The notes under the pieces were generated by a model. It was not told the origin of the DNA. It made no database searches and worked only from the letters and a program-made list of their open reading frames with translations. A program made the position numbers and the translations under genes. A stretch of DNA of 54,660 bases from the NCBI RefSeq assembly GCF_004010195.1, contig NC_057718.1, positions 80,967,561 through 81,022,220 on the forward strand, in the 5' to 3' direction. The first letter of the stretch is position 1; each line of letters starts with the position of its first letter. This DNA comes from Chiloscyllium plagiosum (taxonomy: Eukaryota). Below, piece after piece: positions 47,768 to 54,660 of the stretch.

Positions 47768-47930
47768 CAGTCAGAAGTCTCACAACACCATGTTATAGTC
47801 CAACCAGTTTATTTGAAATCACACAAGCTTTTGGAGTGCATCTGATGAAGAAGCTGTGTTCTGTGACTTGTGACACCTGGTGTTGTGTGACTTCTGACTT
47901 TGTCCACCCCGGTCCAATACCAGCACCTCC
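47768..47930. mobile_element. Fold-back PLE family A (variant) insertion
   Basis: agtcagaagtctcacaacacca is inverted relative to tggtgttgtgtgacttctgact; CTGATGA at 47842-47848; TSD acaca(a/g)ttgata at 47756-47767 and 47931-47942. Confidence 0.82.
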
Positions 47931-49825
47931 ACACAGTTGATATATTTAATGTATTGAAGCTTATTTTTTATTTTGATTTGTAATGCAAAATGAATAGGTT
48001 TGGTGCATCCAGGTTTCAGAGAGAGAAGTTATTAAAATATGAACTTGTATTGTAAAACTTGAGATGCAAATCACAGGAAATCTTAATGCATTCAATTGCC
48101 ACAACAGTGCATTGATACTGAAGTGTCAACCAATGTTGCTTTTGGCAAATTTTATATTGAGCCTGCTTTGTACCATTGATTTCATCTTTTGTGGGTCATT
48201 GCTCATCTTGCAGCCTCGAAGGCTAATTTTAGCCATTATTTAGATAATCCAAACACTTGTATTTTGGGTATGTACTTGATGCACATCTTACTAAATCTGC
48301 ATTTTGCCCAACCATTGAACCACTGGAAGGCAGAATATATATGAGACATTTCTTGACATCCAGTTTGTGTGATGAGTTTGTCTTTTGGTTAGTGTCATTC
48401 AAACGTAGCCCTGATTGAATAGGGATTCAGAGTGAGAAATTAAGGAACACCTTCAAAACCAAATGGTTAGTTTTTAAAAATTCAAACCACTAACAGCTAC
48501 TTTGAAACAGGACTGCAGGCCAGTGTTAAGCACTACATTTAAGTTATATCTGTTGAAAACTGGCATAAAATAATCCAGTTATTGGTGGAAAGATTTTGAT
48601 TGAGTCTTCATTGTGCAGGCTGGAGGTTAGAATTGCAGTAATAAATTATATGTTACCATTTTAACATTCTGAAATAGTTCCCAGTTAAATTTTGTCAGGT
48701 ATGTGGTAATATTTTCAGCATTGAGTATGAAATTTTAATTGAGATTAGTGGTTTTTATTCTGCTCCCCAGATTCCAGGTCAAAATGATTAGGTTTTTGTT
48801 ATGTGTTGATTTAGTGTTATTTCTGTGTCGTGTACTAACGTTCTGCAGTGACAGCACTGATAGCTGACAAGCTCTCAAATAATATGATTTCGGTATGGTG
48901 TTTATGTAGGTATCTCTACAAAGAAATATTTGAAAATCAAATTTAAATAGGAAGATAGAATTGAAAGTTCTGGAAAACTGTTTCGAGCTGAAAATGCATG
49001 ACATGAGCTGTTGGCTGTTGTTTTGGATATGTGACTGCGTAGATAACTGAAACATTGTAACTTACCTTCACATTATGTGGAAATGGCTTATTTATCAGCC
49101 TGTCATTATGAGCAGAATACTGCCACTTGAAAAGGCACAATTGGCACATGCTGAATTTTGAGGAAGTTTCTGGAATCGCCTGCTTTATCAAGTTGGCTCA
49201 AAGCGAAGGTGTCATCAAGCGCAGTCCAGGGGCATCGGTCGGCCTGGAGAATATTTGGAACGATAATGTTTTGAGGCCCATTCTCTGTTTAGCTTTCATT
49301 GTAATTGGGACAAAGTCCATGAACACTGAGATCAGTCTTTTAACCAATTTGCCTCTATTCAACAGCTCCTCTGACTGCCTTAACCCTTTCCAGGGGTACT
49401 GTGCCAATTCCTGTTAGCACCTACACATAATACCTTGCCTGAACAAAAATCCTACCATTGCAAACATTTTCTGTCGGGGTAGAGAGAAGAGGCAGACAAG
49501 TGTTTGTGGTACCACTGCCCACCTCCAAGATTAAAATCTAGTCCTTAATGTTTCCTGGTGCTATCAAAAGTTGTGTGAGCCCTTCTGAAATCAGAATTTA
49601 TTGCTGGAAGAAATGTCTCAATAAAAATTTTAGTAAATCAAATACTATTCAAAACTCCATGGTGGCCAGATATGTATTAGGTAAAGTCTAATTGTCTACT
49701 GATATGTATTAGTGTGTTTTGTAATTCATTATTTATTGACATGATAGTTAAAACTTTTACTTTTAATCTTTCTAGCCACATTCTACTCTGTCAGTCCAGC
49801 AGAAATGTACAGGAAAACATTATGG

Positions 49826-50388
49826 AATCATAGAATCCCTATGGTGAGGAAAGAGGCCATTTGGCCCATTAATTTTGCACTTACCCTCTGAGGAACATCC
49901 CATCCAGACCTAGCCCCTTACCCTATTCCTGTAACTCCACTTTACCAAGGCTAATCCACCTAGCTTACACAGCTTTGGACTGAGGGGGGAAACCGGAGCA
50001 CACAGCGGTACGGTGGCTCAGTGGTTAGTACTGCAGCCTCACAGCACCAGGGTCCCAGGTTCGATTCCAGCCTCTGGTGATTGTCTGTGTGGAGTTTGCA
50101 CGTTCTCCCCGTGTCTGCGTGGATTTCCTCCGAGTGCTCCAGTTTCCTCTCACAGTCCAAAGATGTGCAGGCCAGGTGAATTGGCTATACTGTTATGTGC
50201 ATTAGTCAGAGGGAAATGGGTCTGGGTGGGTTACTCTTCGGAGGGTCGGTGTAGACTTGTTGGTCTGAAGGGCCTGTTTCCACCTGTAGGGAATCTAATC
50301 TAACCCACTGGGAGAATGTGCAAACTCCAACCAAGGCTGGAATTGAACCAGAGGCACTGGTGTTGAGGCAGCAGTGCTAGCCACTGCA
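49826..50388 (-). mobile_element. Older HE1-related SINE, split by a younger antisense HE1
   Basis: Tail (atcatagaatcccta..gaggccatttggccc) at 49826-49870; core ..ctttggactgagggggg aaaccggagcac; resumes at 50304 with gggagaatgtgcaaactcca..ggaattgaacc..gaggcagcagtgcta. Confidence 0.8.
50004..50303 (+). mobile_element. HE1-type SINE
   Basis: gcggtacggtggctcagtggttag (A box), ggttcgattcc (B box), tail agggcctgtttccacctgtagggaatctaatcta. Confidence 0.92.
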
Positions 50389-50784
50389 GTGTTCATCTAA
50401 CTTTTGACAGTATTCAAAATATTTGAAGCTACAAATTTAATATTTTAATTAATTTTGAAGATGTGATTAATGCTGAATATTTACACTCATTGAAGCACAT
50501 TAATTACATCCTGATGAAATGAATACCAAACAATCTAAGTTAGTGCTCATCACGTTGCTATATAAATCCTGTTCAGTACTACATGACTTGTGGTCATTTG
50601 GGAATTACAGTTTTTCTTGTTCATTTTGTACCAACGATGCAGCTTGTTTGAGAAACTGTTCAATATGTACACAGTACTTGCCCAGATTTTGCCCAAATGA
50701 CCAGAGATGGACTGCCATTTAAAAATCTGATATAGCTGGCACAGCTGATCCCAGTCCTCTGCTGTTCCCACTTTTCTTTCTATT

Positions 50785-51125
50785 TCATTTATTCATTGGA
50801 TGTGGGTGTTGCTAGGTAGGCCAGCATTTATTGCGCGTCTTTCATTGCACAGAGAGCAACAAAGAGTCAACCACATCATCCTGGATCTGAGTTGCATCCA
50901 GGCCAGACCAGGTAAGGATGGCCGATTGCCTTTCCAAAAGAATGTTAGTGAACCAAATGGGGTTTTATGACAAGTGACAGTAGTTACATGGTCACCATTT
51001 GGCCAGTTTTTTTTTATTGGTTTCAGATATCAGCATTTGTCACTTCAGTATTTGAACCCATGTCACCAGATTATTAGCCTTGGTTCTGGAGTAATAGTCC
51101 AGGGACATTACCACTGTGACACTGT
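50785..51125 (-). mobile_element. tRNA-derived SINE with the CR1/L2-group tail, near full length
   Basis: ttcatttattcattggatgtggg..ggccagcatttattgc..agagtcaaccacat..ggccagaccaggtaaggatggc..tttgaacccatgtcaccag..cattaccactg. Confidence 0.75.
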
Positions 51126-51559
51126 CTCCCTCTCATACAGTATTAGCACATATGGGATTTTCCATTGACCAATTGATTGTAGTAGCTGTAGAATTTGATT
51201 CTTCACCCCATGTTTCATTTTTAATATTTTTTTACCATTGGTGAGAGCATAATTAGAATTGAAATACTGAATGCACAAGTAGACCTGTTATGTGCTTTGA
51301 ATTTTTTGTAATTATGGAAAATTCTGCATCTACTACATTCACTGTTTAAAATATTTAGCATTTTCCTTTTGCATCTTGTTTGTTGTATTCCGTACTTCTT
51401 GGGAATAGTAGTTGTTGGATGTAGCATTTGTTAGTTTTTAGTCACTGAAATGGTGGAATGGCAACAGGAATTCAAAATGTGACACTTTGCTAAGCCTGCA
51501 GCAAAATAAATGGAGAGCATTCTTGTAAAATAGCACTAAGAATGTTGGTGTCTGTTATG

Positions 51560-52282
51560 CCTTTCATCTGTTAGAATACCGTGATAGTTTCACTTCTTTC
51601 ATGTGTAAATCACAAAACCTTTTTTTAAAAAGTTGCATTCTCAGGTTAGCTGTTAACAATAGCTAGACAATAGGTTGAAGGTGTTAGCCCCCTGTGTTCT
51701 CTGTCTATGCCATGATGTTTAGATTGATTCCAATCTAAAAAGTGAGGTAACGGAGTTCTACATGAATGCATACAGTTTTTGAGCAAAGTACATGTAACCC
51801 TGCAAGTACAAATTCACCCCACAAAATATATGTGTACATGTGGGTCTTTGTCTGTGTGTGTCTGTCTGGGTTGGGGGTTGAGAGTGTGAGAAAGTGTGTG
51901 TAGTGAGTGCAGAGTGTCTTAAGTCTGTGAGGGGGTGCATGTGGGAGTGTGTCTGTAAGGGTGTGTGGGGGTGTCTGTGTGCACGTCTGTGTAGGGGTGT
52001 GTGTGTGTGTGTGTGTGTATAGTGCAATGATGGTCACCTGTAATGTGGCATGAACCCAAGGTCACGGTTGAGGCCCTCCCTATGGGTACCGAACTTAGCC
52101 ATCAGCCTCTGCTCGGCCACATTTCGCTGCTGCCTGTCCCGAAGTCCGCCTTGGAGGATGGTCACCCGAAGGTCTGAGGTCGAATGTCCTGGACCACTGA
52201 AGTGTTCCCCAACTGGGAGGGAACACTCTTGTCTATTGATTATTGTGCGGTGCCCATTCATCCGTTGTCGTAGCCTTTGCTC
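51560..52282 (-). mobile_element. PLE family A 3' fragment: GIY-YIG C-terminus and UTR with (CA)n
   Basis: ORF 52034-52261 MNGHRTIINRQECSLPVGEHFSGPGHSTSDLRVTILQGGLRDRQQRNVAEQRLMAKFGTHREGLNRDLGFM; homologous to 43390-43630. Confidence 0.9.
51997..52018. repeat. (GT)n microsatellite within the PLE UTR
   Basis: gtgtgtgtgt run. Confidence 0.9.
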
Positions 52283-52459
52283 GGAAAGTGTATGCTACTA
52301 AATTTCCAGAGTTATCCTTCAATTATGTGCCTAGTGAATTAACTACTGTAAGCATGTCCAATCCTAAGCTGTCTTTTATTTGGGCAACTAATGAATTTGT
52401 AAAGTGGCTTGTTCCACAAAAGTGTGGTTGATATTCATGCAGATATATGAAAGAGGAGT

Positions 52460-53640
52460 CAAGGTAGACCATTTATCCTTTTGAGCCTGTTTTGCAATAT
52501 GTTAAGGTGACAGCTGATCTGTCTATGTTTCAAATTGCATATTCCTATCTATCCCCAATATCCCTTGATTTTCACTGCCTAATTGGAAATTATCCAGTCA
52601 GTTAAAAATATTTAATGACCCTGTCTCCACCACTTCTGAGGCAGTTTGTTTCAAAGTTGCATAATCCTCTGAAAACAAATTCTCCTCAGCTGTCCTAAAA
52701 AAGTAATTCCTAACTCTAAAACATTGCCCTATTTTTTAGCTGACTCATAAGGCAAACCTTGTCTTTTTCAAAGCATACTTTCCTATTTAGCTTAAGAAGG
52801 GCTTATGCCCGAAACATCGATTCTCCTGTTCCTTTGCTGCCTGACCTGCTGCGCTTTTCCAGCAACACATTTTTAAGCTCTGATCTCCAGCATCTGCAGT
52901 CCTCACTTTCTCCATACTTGCCTACTTTCCTTGGTGTTCATTGCAAACATGGTATTATGCCTTTGTTCCTTCACCTAAGTCATTGATGTAAATTGTAAGA
53001 AGTTTGAGAGTTCTTCATAGTCTGTCAATTAGACATACACTCATTTTTACATACTTTTTTAAAGCAGCAAGCCAGATTTCCATCCCCAATAATATATTAC
53101 CCCAAGATGTTTTTTACAGAAACCTTTGATTTGATACCTTCCGAAATCCAAGTATATGTCTACATGTTTCCCTTCATCCTCTGCATAGTTGCTCCACTAA
53201 AAACTAAACACTCCAATAAATTAAATATCATTTCGCTTGGACAAAATTATGCTGACTCTTACCAATTATCTTGATTGTCCAAGCATGTCACTAGTATCTC
53301 TTTAATTGATTCTAACACATTTCTCATCACAGATTATAAACTAACTGGCCTGTAGTCGTCTTAGAGGTTTTATCCTTGTGATTTCCCAATTAGTGGGATC
53401 TTTCCTGAAACCAGGGAATTTCGCAAAATTAACACCAATACATCCGCTATCTCATAGTAACCCTTTTTAAGACCTGAGAATGCAATCCATCTCAACCCAG
53501 AGACTTGTCAACCCATGTTTTCGTCACTTTGTTTTATGCGACTTTTGTGATTATAATTTCACTGAATTCCTCTTTCTCTTCCATCTTGATTGAGTCATTC
53601 CTGAAATATTTTTGATTCACTAAGACAGAAAAAAATTGTT
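52460..53640 (-). mobile_element. Old CR1 LINE fragment, interrupted by a PLE family B tail
   Basis: CR1 3'UTR-like 52460-52760; aaccttt..gataccttccgaaatccaagta (YLDF.K), actaactggcctgtagt (YRPVSL), aatccatctcaacccagagacttgtc (DKSLG.DG). Confidence 0.7.
52789..52912 (+). mobile_element. Solo PLE family B tail with a mutated hammerhead motif
   Basis: CTTAAGA-A-GGGC-TTAT-GCCC-GAAACATC (52791-52818); TSD catactt(t/g)ccta(t/c)tt at 52774-52788 and 52913-52927. Confidence 0.85.
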
Positions 53641-53649
53641 TATGGGCCC

Positions 53650-54340
53650 CTTGCTGAGCTATTTGTAACATGAATAGCCATGGGTGAGGTGCTGGAAGAC
53701 TGGAGACTGGCTAATATGCCATTATTTAAGAAAGGTGGTAAGGAAAAGCCAGGAACTATTGAGCCTCATGTCAGTGGTGGGTAAGTTGTTGGAGGAAATT
53801 GAGGGACAGGATTTACATGTATTTGGGTAGTCAACATGGCTTTGTGCATGGGAACTCGTGTCTCACTAACTTGATTTTTAAGAGACATGACTAGGAGATT
53901 GATGAAGAGAGAGTAGTGAACGTTGACTCTTTGGGCCATGGCATTTCAAGTTCCGCATGGCAAACTGGTTAGCAACGTTAGATCACATGGAGTACAGGGA
54001 AAGCTAGCCATTTGGATATAAAATTGGCTTGATGGTAGGAGAAAATGGGTGGTGGTGGAGGATTGCTTTTGAACTGGAGGCCTGCCACCAGTGGTGCACT
54101 ACAAAGATTGATGCTGGATCCACTGCTTTTTGTCATTATATAAATGATTGGGATGTGAACATAGGAGATATGGTTCGTATGCTCACACCAAAACGGGAAG
54201 TGTAGTGGACAGCAAAGAAGGTTATCTCAGAGTGCAGTGGGATCTTGATCTGATGGGGCAATAGGCTGAGCAGGGGCAGATGGAGTTTAATTTAGATAAA
54301 TGTGAAGCACTGCATTTAGTATGGCAAATCAGGCTGGGAC
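53650..54340 (+). mobile_element. CR1 LINE RT fragment
   Basis: gaagactggagactggctaat..ccattatttaagaaagg, caacatggctttgtgcatggg..tgtctcactaacttgatt, tttaatttagataaatgtga. Confidence 0.85.
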
Positions 54341-54341
54341 T

Positions 54342-54660
54342 TAAGACCATAAGACATAGGAGTGGAAGTAAGGCCATTCGGCCCATCAAGTCCACTCCGC
54401 CATTCAATCATGGCTGATGCGCATTTCAGCTCCACTTACCAGCGTTCTCCCCGTAGCCCTTAATTCCTCTAGACAACAAGAATCTATCAATCTCGGCCTT
54501 GAAGACATTTAGCGTCCCGGCTTCCACTGCACTCCGTGGCAATGAATTCCACAGGCCCACCACTCTCTGGCTGAAGAAATGTCTCCGCATGACCCCCTCT
54601 AATTCTAAGGCTGTGTCCACGGGTCCTAGTCTCCTCGCCTAACGGAAACAATTTCCTAGC
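54342..54660 (-). mobile_element. Young CR1 LINE 3' end (continues beyond the window)
   Basis: ORF 54426-54620 RRHFFSQRVVGLWNSLPRSAVEAGTLNVFKAEIDRFLLSRGIKGYGENAGKWS; terminal taagaccataagacatag; CpGs retained. Confidence 0.92.

Noticed and set aside
3757..47930. Recurring palindromic repeats as a CRISPR array or DNA-transposon MITEs
   Set aside because: They are dispersed with no regular spacers, TSD lengths vary, one arm extends beyond the inverted repeat, and the same tail is attached to GIY-YIG ORFs, so they are PLE-derived.
51735..52037. His/Thr-rich ORFs
   Set aside because: Translation of CA-rich low-complexity PLE UTR.

Overview
Eukaryotic, AT-rich, repeat-dense genomic DNA, almost certainly from a cartilaginous fish. 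Full-length HE1-type SINEs with TAATC tails, shark-type CR1 LINEs and Penelope repeats suggest a shark, possibly a bamboo or carpet shark. I found no convincing host exon. The window reads as intronic or intergenic sequence filled with decayed retroelements: CR1 LINEs (esterase ORF1, APE-RT ORF2), a second CR1/L2-group LINE, Tx1- and RTE-like fragments, Gypsy and Gmr1-like LTR remnants, two solo LTRs, tRNA-derived SINEs, and three Penelope-like element (PLE) families. The most interesting signal is that all three PLE families end in a minimal hammerhead-ribozyme motif (CUGANGA-stem II-GAAA-palindromic stem III-NUH). This ribozyme-bearing tail also occurs alone as 120-200 bp insertions, often fold-back, each with its own target-site duplication (TSD). 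One PLE copy shows a twin-priming-type inversion. All family assignments are from motif recognition by eye; no database searches were run, and boundaries of decayed repeats are approximate.
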